A stretch of DNA of 64,000 bases from Octopus vulgaris (GCA_951406725.2 OX597838.1:22258001-22322000), one strand, 5' to 3'; counted from the stretch's first letter, positions 39,193-53,747 are shown. A program made the numbers and translations. Notes: generated by a model from the sequence alone, not told the origin.

Positions 39193-39255
<63 letters not shown>

Positions 39256-39485
39256 GTGTGTGCGTGTGTGTGTGTATATGTGTGTGTGTATGTTTGTGTG
39301 TCTGTGTTTGTCCTCCCAACATCGCTTCACAACCGATGCTTGTGTGGTTTAAGTCCCCGTCTCTTAGCGGTTCGGCAAGAGAACCGATTGAATAAGTACT
39401 AGGCTTTCAAAGAATAAGTCGTGGGGGGTCGACTAAAGGCGATGCTCCAGCATGGCCGCAGTCAAAATGACTGAAACAAATATAA
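38659..39485 (+). mobile_element. SINE family A with an insertion in its internal (TA)n
   Basis: 5' half at 38659-38820, 3' half at ~39290-39485, insert at 38870-39194. Confidence 0.88.
38870..39194. mobile_element. Fold-back, Penelope-like terminal fragment
   Basis: 74-bp inverted arms at 38870-38943 and 38960-39033 (one mismatch) containing GAAAC-ACGT-GTA; TA runs on both sides. Confidence 0.75.
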
Positions 39486-39805
39486 GAAACTGACCTTGCT
39501 GAAACGGATCCAAACCAGTTATTTAGAGTATATATTCAAAAACGTTTTTGTCCACAAAATATTCTAAGTAGCATGTGTCTCATTTTCCCCTGTTCTCTCC
39601 CATTCTTTTCAGTCTTGTTACGTATGTTCATATGAATTATATATGCCCAAGAATACGTATACATTATACTTTAAGCTGAATAATAGTGAAAACATATCGT
39701 TATATTTTTTTCTTACATATAAACACGTAGAATAAAGTTATTCTCCATATATGCTAAATATTTAAACTTGTATTAATTACAACACACACACACACACACA
39801 CACAC

Positions 39806-39889
<84 letters not shown>

Positions 39890-40014
39890 CTGTGTACGTA
39901 CTTATATATGTATATATATGTGTTCAACGTCAAGTAAGTTTTATATAAATATATACGTATATATAATATATAATAATAATAATGATGATAATAATAATAA
40001 TAATAATAATAATA

Positions 40015-40126
<112 letters not shown>

Positions 40127-40865
40127 TTAATAATAATAATACGCAGTATAACTTCAAACTTACAAGGAAAAATTCAATTTAGTATTAAATCAAATTTCAC
40201 AATATAAATATAATATATATATATATATATATTAGAGAAAAACCGCTATTATGTAAGTCAAACAATGATAGACATAAACCAAATCATGAATAAAAAATAA
40301 AATATATAACTAGATCACAAAAAGTACAAAAATGAATAAACAATATATAATAAGTAAATAGACTACGTACGTTTCATGACTATAATTTAAATTCGAATTA
40401 CAATTATAGTCTATTTACTTATTATATATATATATATATATATACGATGGGCTTCTTTCAATTTCCTCCTCCCAAATCTACTCACAAGGCTTTGGTCGAC
40501 CAGAGCCGATAGTAGGAGGCATTTGCTGAAGAGGATACGCAGTGGGAATGAACCGGAAGCTTCTCACCTCACACCTACATTTTCCGTCATATTCAAATGT
40601 AAATATATTAATCGCCGTTGTTTTCGTCGTAGGATAACAGCCTCTCCTTTACGACGAATATGTTCTCATATCACATTCGATTTATTAATACAAGAGATTT
40701 TGCGACACGGTTGTTTCGGCATATTGTGTCTCATCAGCCAGAAGCAGCTAGACTGGTGAATCTAACAAGAGGCAATAATCTTGTTTATGACTTCAGCCAT
40801 GCAGTTTGTTCTCTGATCCACACCAAGACGTCTTGTGTGCGCGAACATATGTGTGGGATTGGGTA

Positions 40866-40905
<40 letters not shown>

Positions 40906-42182
40906 CTTGTATGTGTATGAAATTGTTAAAGTAAATATTATTTACGATAAAAATTTGCACAGTGACTTTAAACTAAAACGTCTCAATACTCTTTGCTTGC
41001 ATTTAGTATCTCTGACTACGACTCACTCCAGCTCCGTTTGTTGTTTTAGTTCCCCCTCTGTTATTTTATCATTTAGAATTTATTCATGCATGTAAAACAT
41101 TCTAAGCAGGTGTGTATATTTAGGCGTTCCCCCTTCAGGTCATGGGCTTGCTTTTAGTGGGCCACAACAAAGATGTAGGTAGATAGAGGGTGTACAGTAG
41201 TTATTTTTGGATTTGTTGGATTTAATCCTTTGCTTTGACAATGTAAAGGTGAACGACTCTAAGTTTAGTCCAGTATTCAAAAGCTTAGTAACTGGCACTG
41301 TCAACTTCTTTGTAATGGTATTGTTTAAGGGTTCACAAAAGAATGTTTATAGGTGGTGTGTTTAAGCTGGTCAGTTTCTTTAATTGTTTTTTGTTGTTAT
41401 TTAGAATATTCTCTGTTTTTATTTGGAAGGTAGGGGTTATTAGTCGGGCGTGTCATGATGTTTGTATAGAAATGTGTTTATCTTGTGCTTTGATCTTCAC
41501 AAGCGAATGTATACAGGTGTAAAGGTTGTTGATCTCTGTTTTTTCTCTAGGGGTTCATTTTTCTATAAGCAATTTGATTTCTCCAAAACACCGTTTTATC
41601 ACAACCAGCCTTACAACCAAATTACCACAACAATCAACTCTACATACCCAAGGAGGATTTTAACTTAACATAGACTATATAAAGCTATGATTAAATTCAA
41701 TACATTGCAGTTGACGATGACTTAGTTGATCGGAACTTTGTAGTTACTGCTAATAATATTCTTGTTTAAGAATAAACTAAACAATTTAAACGATAATATA
41801 AACACTAACACAGATGGGTTGAGCTTCACAACATCTGTTTCAGACTCATTATTTATTGATGAACAAAGCAATTATGTCATGTAAAAGAACGGCTTTCTTC
41901 AGGTGAATTAAGACTATAATTTATTATTCAATATATTTAACACAAAGCCTTGTCAATGGATTTGGTCGACGGAAACTGAAAGTAGCTCGTCATATATATA
42001 TATTTATGTGTGTATGTATCTATGTTTCTCCCCTTCAATCATCGTTTGACAACCGATTTTGGTGTGCTCACGTTCCCGACACATAGCTGGTCGATAAACT
42101 CGATCGACAAATATAAGACAGGGGTCAATTTTTTCGACTAAAGGCGGTGGATCAGCATGGCCACAGTCTAAAGAATAAAAGA

Positions 42183-42226
<44 letters not shown>

Positions 42227-42585
42227 ATGCATGTACGTATGTATGTATGTATGCATGAATGTATGCATGTATATATATATACATACACACATATAAATAT
42301 GCGTATATGTGTATGTGTGTGTGTATGTGTGTTTGCGTATGTGTGTATATATATGTATACATATATATATATGTACATATATATGTATAGACAAGTCGAT
42401 ACACGTATACATATATGTATATATATATACATATATGTATATATATATATATAAATATATACATATATATATACATATATATGCACACACATACATATGC
42501 ATTTATATATATATACACATATATATGTATGTGTATCGACTTGTGTATACATATATATGTACATATATATACACACATACGCAAA

Positions 42586-42668
<83 letters not shown>

Positions 42669-43234
42669 TAGCTGACTGCCTAGGTAGAGTCGTAAAAATA
42701 CCAGGAAAAGTAAGAAACAAAAAAAAAGGAATATCATCGAATAAGTTTAAGTAGAAAAGTGGGAAAAGAGGATATCGTTGTAGAAGTATCTGTGGAGTGG
42801 CAGGAGTAATTAAAGATAACGTATTGAGTCAAGAATATGAAATGAATACATAAGTACCAAAAGCCGGATGAAAGAATGGAAATATCAACGATACTGCCGA
42901 AGGCAAGACAGTTCGTTCTCAAGCAACCTCAGAAATAGGAAACACCTGCTGATAAAAAGCTTAAAGATGCTGGAGAATTTCTGCCTTGTTCTGTGACCCA
43001 TGATGTGTTTTGAGTATAAGAATGTACTTACTAGGGCATTAGCTCTGCTCTTATGCAGTAAGGTCAATAAATTAGAGGTTAACGCCTGCGTTTTTCGGAA
43101 ACGCTGTAGAGGAAAGTTGGACGGATAGGGTTAAATATTAATTAGTTACGAAGTTATAGACATAAACAGCGATATCACTGGTATTAGTAATAATAATAAT
43201 AGCAATAATAATAACAGCAGCAACAACAACAATA

Positions 43235-43309
<75 letters not shown>

Positions 43310-43313
43310 GTGG

Positions 43314-43378
<65 letters not shown>

Positions 43379-43495
43379 GTGGTGATGATGATGATGATTG
43401 TGGTGATGATGATGATGATGTGATGGTGGTGGTGGTGGTGGTGATGATGATGATGATGGGGAGAAGGTGGTGAAAGAGGGGAGAAGGAGGAGGAG

Positions 43496-43595
43496 GGCAC
43501 CTTGGGCAAGTGTCTTCTACTATAGCACAAGGGCCGATCAAAACCTTGACATCGGATTTGGTAGACGGAAACTGAAAGAAATCCATCATATAAAC

Positions 43596-43683
<88 letters not shown>

Positions 43684-43860
43684 GGGTGGATGGATAGATG
43701 GATGGATGGATGGATGGATGGATGGATGGATAGAGAGAGAGATAAAGAGAGAGAGAGATAAGTAAAAATTAGCACCGTTGGTCGATTTCTTCGACTAAAA
43801 AAGTTCAAGGCGATGTCCCAGCATGGCCGCAGTATAATGGCTTTAACAAGTAGAAATGAT
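43496..43860 (+). mobile_element. Old SINE family A copy with internal (GATA)/(GATG)n
   Basis: GGCACCTTGGGCAAGTGTC..GGAAACTGAAAGAA, then tail GGCGATGTCCCAGCATGGCCGCAG. Confidence 0.75.
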
Positions 43861-44337
43861 AAAGGATAACAGATAAAACATGCTGTAAACTCGTTGGCGC
43901 ACCATAACAATGCAAGCGCACCTTATGTAAACACAAGCAATTCACATGCGTAACATGGAAACAGCAAATATCTGAACACGTGACATATACGTAACCGAGC
44001 GTGAACTAGGTAAATGGAGATTTTAACATGTAAAATGCATTTGTAACACACGTGAACTCTAAGAAATACGGTTAGCGATTGGTATTTAACAGGTAATTTC
44101 TGCACCGCTGTTGTTGCTACTGCAGTAGTAGTTGCTGTTGTTGCTTAAGATGCAGCTCCGGTTGCAGCTGTGACACATGCATGAGAGATCGCGGTTTTGT
44201 TTCGTTTAGTACGGCTGCTCCTAATTATTTGCAGCAGTTTATCTGCTCACTTATTCCCTCAGCAACTTCACACTTGAAAATAAAAAAATAATTGAACGTA
44301 ATTCTCGGCTGTAATGCTTACACGCACACGCATGCGT

Positions 44338-44410
<73 letters not shown>

Positions 44411-44684
44411 TACAGACGCATTCCCTCACACGTAAACGACTTTACAGGCATTCATTCACATGCAAATCATTGTCAATCACCCGCACAGGTATACAGAAAT
44501 ACCAAAATCATATATACACACGCACACACGCACACACGCACACACGCTGCCATGCACACACATACAGACACAAACACACACTCACACATACATGCATTAA
44601 CTCGAATTCACAAGCAGATATTCCGACACACGCACAAACGCACACACATACACATCCATATTTATACATGTATACATATATATT

Positions 44685-44900
44685 CTTTTATTCTTTTATT
44701 CTTTTATTTGTTTTAGTCATTTCACTGTGGCCATGCTGGAGCACAGGCCTTTAGTCGAGCAAATCGACCCCAGGACTTATTCTTTGTAAGCCAATCACTT
44801 ATTATATCGGACACTCTTGCCGAACCGCTAAGTGACAGGGACATAAACACACCAGCATCAGTTGTGAAGCAATGTTGGTGGGGACAAACACAGACACACA

Positions 44901-44968
<68 letters not shown>

Positions 44969-44971
44969 TAT

Positions 44972-45019
<48 letters not shown>

Positions 45020-45178
45020 GACGTGCTTCTTTCAGTTTCCGTCTACCAAATCCACTCACAAGGCTTTGGTCGGCCCGAGGCTATAAATGAAGACACTTGC
45101 CCAAAGTGCCACGCAGTGGGACTGAACCCAGAACCATGTGGTTGGTAAACAAGCTACTTACAACACAGCCGCTCCTGC
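44685..45178 (-). mobile_element. SINE family A
   Basis: Full-length reverse-complement copy. Confidence 0.9.
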
Positions 45179-45259
45179 ACACACAGACAGACAGACACAC
45201 ACACACACTCACATATATATATGCTTGTATGTATGTATGTATGTATGTATGTATGTATG

Positions 45260-45290
<31 letters not shown>

Positions 45291-45525
45291 GTATGTATGT
45301 ATATGTTTAGAAATTGTTTGTTATGGCCGGTCAGAAAATGATCGTTGGTTTCGCACCTATAAAGTGCATAGCTGCATAGGCGACTGGTCAATTTCAAATG
45401 GCCGGAGGCATGTAACCTCTCTAGTTCTAGAGGAAGGAAAACGTCACGTTTATTTAATTCTGCCTGGCCACAGTCTAATGACTGAAACTAGTAATATATA
45501 TATATATATATTTATGATGTATGTA

Positions 45526-45599
<74 letters not shown>

Positions 45600-45603
<4 letters not shown>

Positions 45604-45897
45604 CGTGATCACCGTGACCGACCAGGCTATCAGATGTTGCTACACATCGCTGGTCACAATGCGCTTCGCATTGTTTTTTTAGCCTTCAAATGACGCCACC
45701 CCGCTGGCTAAGCGAGCAGGCCAACAGAAGAAAGAGCGAGAGAAAGTTGTGGCGAAAGAGTATAGCAGGGATCGTCACCACCCTCTGCCGGAGCCTCGTG
45801 GAGCTTTAGGTGTTTTCGCTCAATAAACACTCACAACGCCCGGTCTGGGAATGGAAACCGCCAGTCCGCTGCCCCAACCATTGGGCCATTGCGCCTC

Positions 45898-45899
<2 letters not shown>
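45600..45899 (-). mobile_element. SINE family C with alternative 3' tail
   Basis: Head and centre match 13390-13566, but the 3' ~130 bp are unrelated (..ATCTGATAGCCTGGTCGGTCACGGTGATCACGGTG). Confidence 0.85.
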
Positions 45900-45970
<71 letters not shown>

Positions 45971-46283
45971 CGAATTTCTCGCAATTTCCGTTACCCACAT
46001 TCGCACAGAAAACATTGGTCGGTTAGGAGCGATAGTAGAAGACATTTGTGACAGGTGCCACGCTGTGGGACTGATCTCGTATTCACGTGGTCGCAAAGCG
46101 AGTTTCTTAACCACATACCCATACCTGAATTGTCTACGTACACATTTCTTTCATGCGTAGACAAACAATTGTATTTACATCGGAAGTTTCGCATAAGTCT
46201 CCCGACGGGGAAAAGTTGCTGGAAGAAAATCTCGATAAATGGTAATAAATCTTCTCCTAGTCTGCCAACCTGTTTAATCTATG

Positions 46284-46357
<74 letters not shown>

Positions 46358-46360
46358 AAT

Positions 46361-46424
<64 letters not shown>

Positions 46425-46470
46425 TTATCTGTCTGTCTGTCTATCTATCTATCAATCTACCTATCCATCC

Positions 46471-46522
<52 letters not shown>

Positions 46523-46681
46523 ACGTATCTATTTATCTCTTTGTAAGTACATGTCTGCTTGTCTATCGATTTAACTATTTATATATTACATAAATACATA
46601 CACAAATACACACATATATATATATGCATATATATACATATACATACACACGTACATACACACGTACATATTCATACATAT

Positions 46682-46787
<106 letters not shown>

Positions 46788-47447
46788 GCTTGAATGCATC
46801 TAGTTAATCTATTTATTTGGTTGTCTTTGTTGACTCAGTTTTCATCATTAATACACATCACAAACACACAACACGCCTCAACACATAGCACACATGCGCA
46901 CAGCACGCACACAGAAATATCGATAAAGTAATTGACACGTCGTATCGATCTGCACTCAGTGATTTCAAAACATTCGGCAACAGCATGGCATTTTCCAAGG
47001 AAAGGAAAGAAAAAAAAAATAATAATCCGTCGTTGTTATGATAGTATTACGTCACAAATCCTGAAGCGATAAACGTCTGCCTAATGCGATTTCTTCGGTG
47101 GATGTCCGCTGACGAGAAAGCCTGTACAATCAATGGCGGCAACGGTGGACTTCTCTCTCGCCGTTTCACAGAATTGATTGGTGATTGTTCCTCGGGTTTG
47201 AAGCTCTTAAGTAATCAAGGTATACAAAAAGTGGCCTGGAACTAATGAGCACGGTGAATACTTTCTCTTTCATATGTATGGTGTTCTCATTACTTTGCGC
47301 CTGTAAAGACAGTATTGTTAGTAGGGAAATAATTATAAGCAGATGACGACGACGAAGATGACGATGAGAAGGAGAAGGAGGAGGAGGAGGAAGAGGAGGG
47401 TAGGAGGACAATCATGATGATGTTGGTAATTACGATTACAATGACCA

Positions 47448-47504
<57 letters not shown>

Positions 47505-47554
47505 AATGGGTGTGTATATATATACGTTTATATATTCGTTTTGCAAGATTCTTG

Positions 47555-47838
47555 ATGTTGAAACAGATATTGCTGTGTTTGGGGATGGTCATGTTGCACG
47601 TTTAGCCAATAAAAACACATGCACTGTATTCAAAAATGCAAAATACAAAATAGCTGATCATTAGTAAGGAAAGACACAGAAATAAGAAAGAAGAAAGCAA
47701 AGGACCACTGATGAGGTCACAGAAGTGTGACGAAAGAACTCTGGCCGAAATATGATTAATATAAAAAAAATAAAATAAAACTGAAGCAAATTAACACCAA
47801 ATATATAGTGCGTGTGTTTTTATTGGCTAAACTGGCCA
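47555..47838 (+). mobile_element. Fold-back element family H2, copy 2
   Basis: Homologous to 9770-10160, with a shorter left inverted arm (~47570-47629). Confidence 0.85.
47702..47746 (+). ncRNA. Minimal type-I hammerhead ribozyme with intact core
   Basis: gg(a)cca-CTGATGA-G-GTCAC-agaagt-GTGAC-GAAA-g-aa-c-TC|tggcc; all conserved core nucleotides present; predicted cleavage after 47741. Confidence 0.78.
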
Positions 47839-48021
47839 ATGAATGAGGGAAACAGAAAATGGATATAGGAAGAATCTTTATTGAGCACAGCAATCGTTTT
47901 GACCCATTCTGCATCTCTCCTTTACGGGTAGGGTAGGGTACATCTAGTTGTGTTGCATCCATGGATGGAGTCCGTATGCTCTAATCCGTATACTACTAGC
48001 CATATACCCCAAATATATAAA

Positions 48022-48062
<41 letters not shown>

Positions 48063-48183
48063 TACCTTTAGGCTATATATACACGTCGGCTCAATTTGAT
48101 TTGTTCTCAGTCGAAAGATGCCTGTTGTTGTTTCTCTTGTCCGTTTTTGTATCGTCTATCTCTCCTCTATTGCGTTTTTGTTC

Positions 48184-48246
<63 letters not shown>

Positions 48247-48247
48247 G

Positions 48248-48279
<32 letters not shown>

Positions 48280-48320
48280 TGTATGTATGTATGTACGTAC
48301 GTATGTATGTATGTATGTAT

Positions 48321-48480
48321 ACAGGGTGGCGCATGGCAAAGTATACTAGGTTCCGTAATATAGTGTACATCAAAAAAAATTTACAAGTGCTGGAAAGGAC
48401 TCAGTATTATAGATTTTCAAAATGGTTCTCTGCTGCATCAATGCACAGCTGTGCAGAGCTAACCATCTTTAGGTATGCTC
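48321..48480 (-). mobile_element. Tc1/mariner-superfamily 3' end fragment
   Basis: TA|CAGGGTGG TIR start; minus strand encodes AQLCIDAAENHFENL*, like the ..C....G.HFE.L transposase terminus. Confidence 0.55.
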
Positions 48481-50694
48481 GGTGTAAGATCGTGATATAT
48501 TGCATGAGAGAATAGCAGGAAGCTTGTTGTTATTTCGTGTATTTACTTTCCATTTTAACCGTTCCCGCCATCGGTAATCAAGTTGAATGAATAATTAGAA
48601 ATTATTATGGATGAGATCTGCCATTGATCACGTCATGATATAAAATGGTACGTTGAAATACGAAGTGTCTCAGCATTTTATAATATATAAATGCTTGAGA
48701 AACTCGTCTTAAGCAGTGGGAGTCAAATGGAAGAGAGGTAAGATTAATTGGACAATGAAAATACCATGAGTCGTTAAAGATAATAATATACAGCGTACTT
48801 TGTGACATATTGTTTTCTATTTGATTTTGTTTACGTACAGTAAGTCCAAGAACGAAGATAAAGTCATTACGTTTATTCTTTCTATATGATCGTTTCAATA
48901 GTACATTGTTCGGAAACCTCACGAATATAAATAATTAAGTAATATTTGTTTCCGATTATGGTACAACGCCAGTAAAGACGGGCGAAATTCCTTTAAGTAT
49001 TATACCCGGCGTGCTAACGATTCTGTCAGCTCGCTCCTTCAAATAATTATGTAATATTAATTTCAATTTTTTTGCACAAGGCCGGGAGCTTCGAGAGAAG
49101 GATAACTTAGCGGCATCGACTCCAATGCACAATTGTACTTGCTTTATCGACCTCGAAAGTATGAAAGGATGACACTCATAGTCAACCTTGATAGAATTTG
49201 AACTCCAAACGTAAAGACGGATGGACGAAATGCCGCTAAGTCAGATGAAATACGATAAATATCGAGGAGTCATGTGTGAGGGACGAGAAAGATACAAATC
49301 AATAAGGTTCTGTAGTAACACTCAAGGAAAGCATATTTGAGTGAGCGAAGTGTGTCGGTTTGTCTTGCGGTAACGGTTTAGTACGATCACCTGGTTCGTA
49401 ACTCGTGTCTTGTTGCGTGCAAATTTGTTACTATCTTTGGTTATTCAATGTAAATCTTCAAATTTAATTTAATTTTTATAATCGAAAATGTCAACTGTTT
49501 ATTATTTTTTCTTTTTTTACTGCTAATGTTTGCATAAGCTGTAGGTCTTTTCAATTGCGATAGCCTGAAGAATTTCAATAGTGAAAAAGTGAAAACTGAG
49601 AAAAATAAACTTGCAAGAAAGAAGAAAAACAACATAACAAAGCATGAACTAATCTTAATCTTTGTACAGCCTCGAGTTAAATGCTACTAATTTTAGTTTA
49701 ATTTATTACAAATACACTCACACACATATGTACACACTCGAACACAAAGGCATACACACATACACGAGGGCCAGAAATTTAAGCGAAAAACGTCGGCTTG
49801 AAGCAACCATTTTCACAAGTGTCGCTAGCAAAGTGTTTTGGGTTTTTCATAAAAAATAGAATACCAAGACAAATTTTTTCTTCATTGTTTTCAAATAATA
49901 TTTCGAAAACACGTTCAAACAACAAACATTTCAGAATTTAAAAAATGAAAAAACTTGGATTATGAGATGGATTATCAGAAATATGTGCCTCGAAGTACTG
50001 GGGTTATTAACCTTTCAGTTAAGAATGGTCTGTACATAGTCTTTTCTACTCTAGGCACAAGGCCCGAAATTTTGGGGGAGGGGGCAGTCCATTTAGATCG
50101 ACCCCAGTATGTAACTGGTACTTAATTTATCGATGCCGAAAGGATAAAAGGCAAAGTCGACCTCGGCGGAATTTGAACTCAAAACGTAAAGACAGACAAA
50201 ATACACGCACGTACATAAATATAAAGCGATTTAAGTCGAAAAAGATGTAATCCGAAACGACGTAAGTTGAGGTTTGCTTTTGCTACATGTTACCTTTTCT
50301 GGTCTATCTGATCTTCTCCTGATATCACTTCTTTTAGTTTGTTCCAAATTTATAAATTTATAAATTTATGAATTTGAGAAAACAAGGTCTCAAAAAAAAA
50401 AGTTCAGATAAAATTATGCAAACATTACGAAAGAAAAAAAAAATACAAAAAAAAAACATGCTAAACACAACTAAACTAAATATAAACAAAGATATGCATG
50501 GCCTTCCAACATTTGACCTTGGAATAATAAATTATGTAAATGTCAGCAGAGAGAGGAAATTGTGGAATTTCGTTTTTTCGTTCCTAAATTCTCTGTTAGC
50601 AGAGGCAAATTGACGGAAATTCGTTAACTCTAAGCAGGAAACTCAACCGAACAAAACACGTGACTTCGTTATATGATCTTCACACTTTATTGCC

Positions 50695-50762
50695 CCTACC
50701 ATCACCACCACTACTACTTTTGCTATCTTTCCTACTACAACTACAACTACAACTACTACTAT

Positions 50763-50793
<31 letters not shown>

Positions 50794-51245
50794 GCTACTA
50801 CTACTACTACTACTATTACTACTGCTTACTACCACCACCACCACCACCATCATTAACTACTACTACTCCCACCATTACTACTGTTACTACTACTACTACC
50901 ACCACCACCATCATTAACTACTATTACTACTCCCACCATTACTACTGTTACTACTACTACCACCACCACCACCATTAACTACTACTACTACTCCCACCAT
51001 TACTAATGTTACTACTACTACTACTCCCACCATTACTACTGTTACTACTACTACCACCACCACCATCATTAACTACTACTACTACTCCCACCATTACTAC
51101 TGTTACTACTACTACCACCACCACCATCATTAACTACTATTACTAATCCCACCATTACTACCGTTACTACTAATACCACCACCACTTCTGCCACAACCAC
51201 CAGAACCACCATTACTACTACTACTACTCCCACCATTACTACCAT

Positions 51246-51283
<38 letters not shown>

Positions 51284-51590
51284 TTACTAAACCACCACTA
51301 CTACTACTACTACTACTACCATACTACTAACCACTGTCTCCACCACCACCACCACCACCATTACTACCCTACAGCTGCTGCTGTTGCTGCTGCTAAGCTG
51401 CTGTTACTTCCACGGCCTCCACCACCATCATTACTACTACTATTACTACAACGACCACCACCACCACTACCGTTACTATTACGACTGCTGATACTCCTAC
51501 TATTACCACTGCCGCCACCACCTCATACTACCACTATTACTATTATTACTACTACTACTACTACTATTACGGCTGCTGCCGCCGTCACCG
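50695..51590 (+). repeat. (CTA)/(CCA)-derived tract with ~57-60-bp higher-order repeat
   Basis: Unit ACCACCACCATCATTAACTACTACTACTCCCACCATTACTACTGTTACTACTACT recurs about five times at 50830-51170. Confidence 0.9.
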
Positions 51591-51856
51591 CCTCCACTTG
51601 GTATCAATAGAATTTTAAACGAACACACTATCACTATATAATTGTCAGCGCCTGGATCCACATGTGCCACATGTACCACATGTGCCGCACGTAGGATGGT
51701 GTTGTCTTTATGCATGGTTGTCTGGATCGAGTGACAGAACCGTCTGTAAGGTTTACTACTTGGGCCGATGACCATCCGAAAACCCAAAGAAAAGGATCCC
51801 TTTTCGGTAATCTCGTGTTTCACAGCCATTTTACCGAAGTCCCAAAACAAAAATAA

Positions 51857-52565
51857 AAATGGGTGCCGCACGAGTTGAACGACAACCGAAAAAAAAAAAC
51901 TCCGTTTTGAAGTGTCGTCTTCCCTTCTTTTACACAAGAACGATCAGTTTCTCAACCGGACTGGACGCTCAGCTCAGTGCTGGGACGCCGACGGAACTCC
52001 ACGGCACTTCCCGAAGCCAAAGTTGCACCAAAAGAAGGTCTGTTTGGTGACTGTTTGGTGGTCTGCGTCCGGTCTCATTTATCACAGCTTTTCGGATCTA
52101 GGCGAAACCATTACGGCGGAGAACTACTGTCAGCAAATGGATAAGATGCATAAGAAAATCCGACAACAGCTAACATTGGTCAATAGAAAAGGACTAATTC
52201 TTCTCCACGACAACGCACGGCCGCACGTCGCACAACAGACCCTGCAGAAGTTTGATGAATTGGACTACGAAACTCTGCCTCATCCGCCATACTCACAAGA
52301 CTACCACTTTTTCAAGCATCTCGACAACTTCCTGCGTGAGAAATGCTTCAAAAACCAAGACGATGCCAAACACGCCTTCAATGACTTCATCGCCACCAGA
52401 ACGCAGGATTTTTTACGCTACTGGCATAAATAAACTTGTTTCACGTTGGCAAAAGTGTGTTGATTCTGATGGTGTTTGTTTCGATTAATAAAGTTTTGTT
52501 TGAGCCGAGATATGTACTTCTGAATTTAAAGGTTAGAAACCGAAAGAACTTTCTTGACAACCTAA
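51857..52565 (+). pseudogene. Mariner (DD34D, Hsmar1/SETMAR-like) transposase pseudogene with right TIR
   Basis: KWVPHEL, PKPKLHQKK, VTVWWS, LLHDNARPH, LPHPPYS..DYHFF, GINKLVSRWQKCVDSDG..FD*; first catalytic Asp region deleted, frameshifts; ends GACAACCTAA|TA. Confidence 0.95.
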
Positions 52566-52894
52566 TACTTAAAAAAAAACAGGCGTTGTTTGCTTTTTTT
52601 TTCTGAAGAAAAAACTAAACAGAGAGAAAAAGATCCTGCCAAAGGTTTCTTGGACACTGATCAACGGTGCAGCCTCAGTAGAGAATCGTCAGGAAACACA
52701 GCCTCGTAAAATGGAAGCTTGGCCAACTGTGAGAAATAAGGGAAGAAAAGAATAGTCTTGAAAATACTAGGTGTCCATAAATTGCCTTTACAATTTGAAA
52801 ATTTCAGAAAAAAATTCTGCAAACAAAAATGCGGAAAAGAAAAATAAGGATAACTCCGCAGAGTTGATTGGGAAATATAGGGGGAGGAAGGCTC

Positions 52895-53640
52895 AACCGT
52901 GGCTGTGGGGTAACAAGCTTGCTTTCCAACCACATGGTTCCGAGTTCAGTCCCACTGCATGGCACCATGGGCAAGTGTCTTTTACCATAACCTCGGGCCA
53001 ACCAAAGCCTTGAAAGTCAGTTAGACGTAAACTGAAAGAAATCTGCCGTATATATATATATATGTGTGTGTGTGTATGTGCATATATATATATATATATA
53101 AACCAGCTTAGAGAAGAAGAAGAAACGAAACGAAACCAAACGAATCGAATCGAATCGACGCGAAGGCGCTCAGTCATACAATAGTGTAATAAATAAAATA
53201 TATGCATACATATATATATATCTACATGTATATATACATGCATATATAAATATATATACGTGTGTACAGGAAACCATAAATAGACGTAGAACTCAACGAG
53301 AAACGAAAACGCATATATACATATATGTATATGCATCAGATATATATATATGTATATATGTATATATATGTGTGTATACATATATGTGTATAAATATATA
53401 TATATATGGATAGATGAATGGATTGATGGTGTGTGTCTTTGTGATGCGTTTGTCCCAACCACCACCACCACCACCACCACCGCCGCTTGACGTGCGGTGT
53501 TGGTGTGTTAACGCCCCTGTAGCTTAACGATTCGGCAAACGTGACCGATAAAATATGTACTGCGGTAGACTCGTTCGACTAAAATTCTTCAACTAGGTGC
53601 TCCAGCATGACCGCGGTGTAATGACAGAAGCTAAACAAAA
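52895..53640 (+). mobile_element. Old SINE family A copy with expanded internal region
   Basis: Head and CORE-like part at 52895-53050; 3' part at 53430-53640. Confidence 0.75.
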
Positions 53641-53747
53641 CAAAACAAGAAAACAAAAAAAAAACAAATACATGGACTGCATTTGTTGCATGCAACACAT
53701 CTTGACGGTGATTGATTTGCGATTTTTATTATTATTAATATTATTAA

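Noticed and set aside
41120-41560. Possible decayed Penelope-like ORF on the minus strand
   Set aside because: Composition is suggestive, but I could not read a diagnostic RT or GIY-YIG motif.
47110-47125. CTGACGAG as a hammerhead core (also CTGATGA at ~7604-7610, minus strand)
   Set aside because: No stem II followed by GAAA and NUH at suitable spacing.
51912-52433. 173-aa ORF as a functional transposase or SETMAR gene
   Set aside because: No N-terminus or SET domain, first catalytic Asp region deleted, YSPDL motif truncated, frameshifted.
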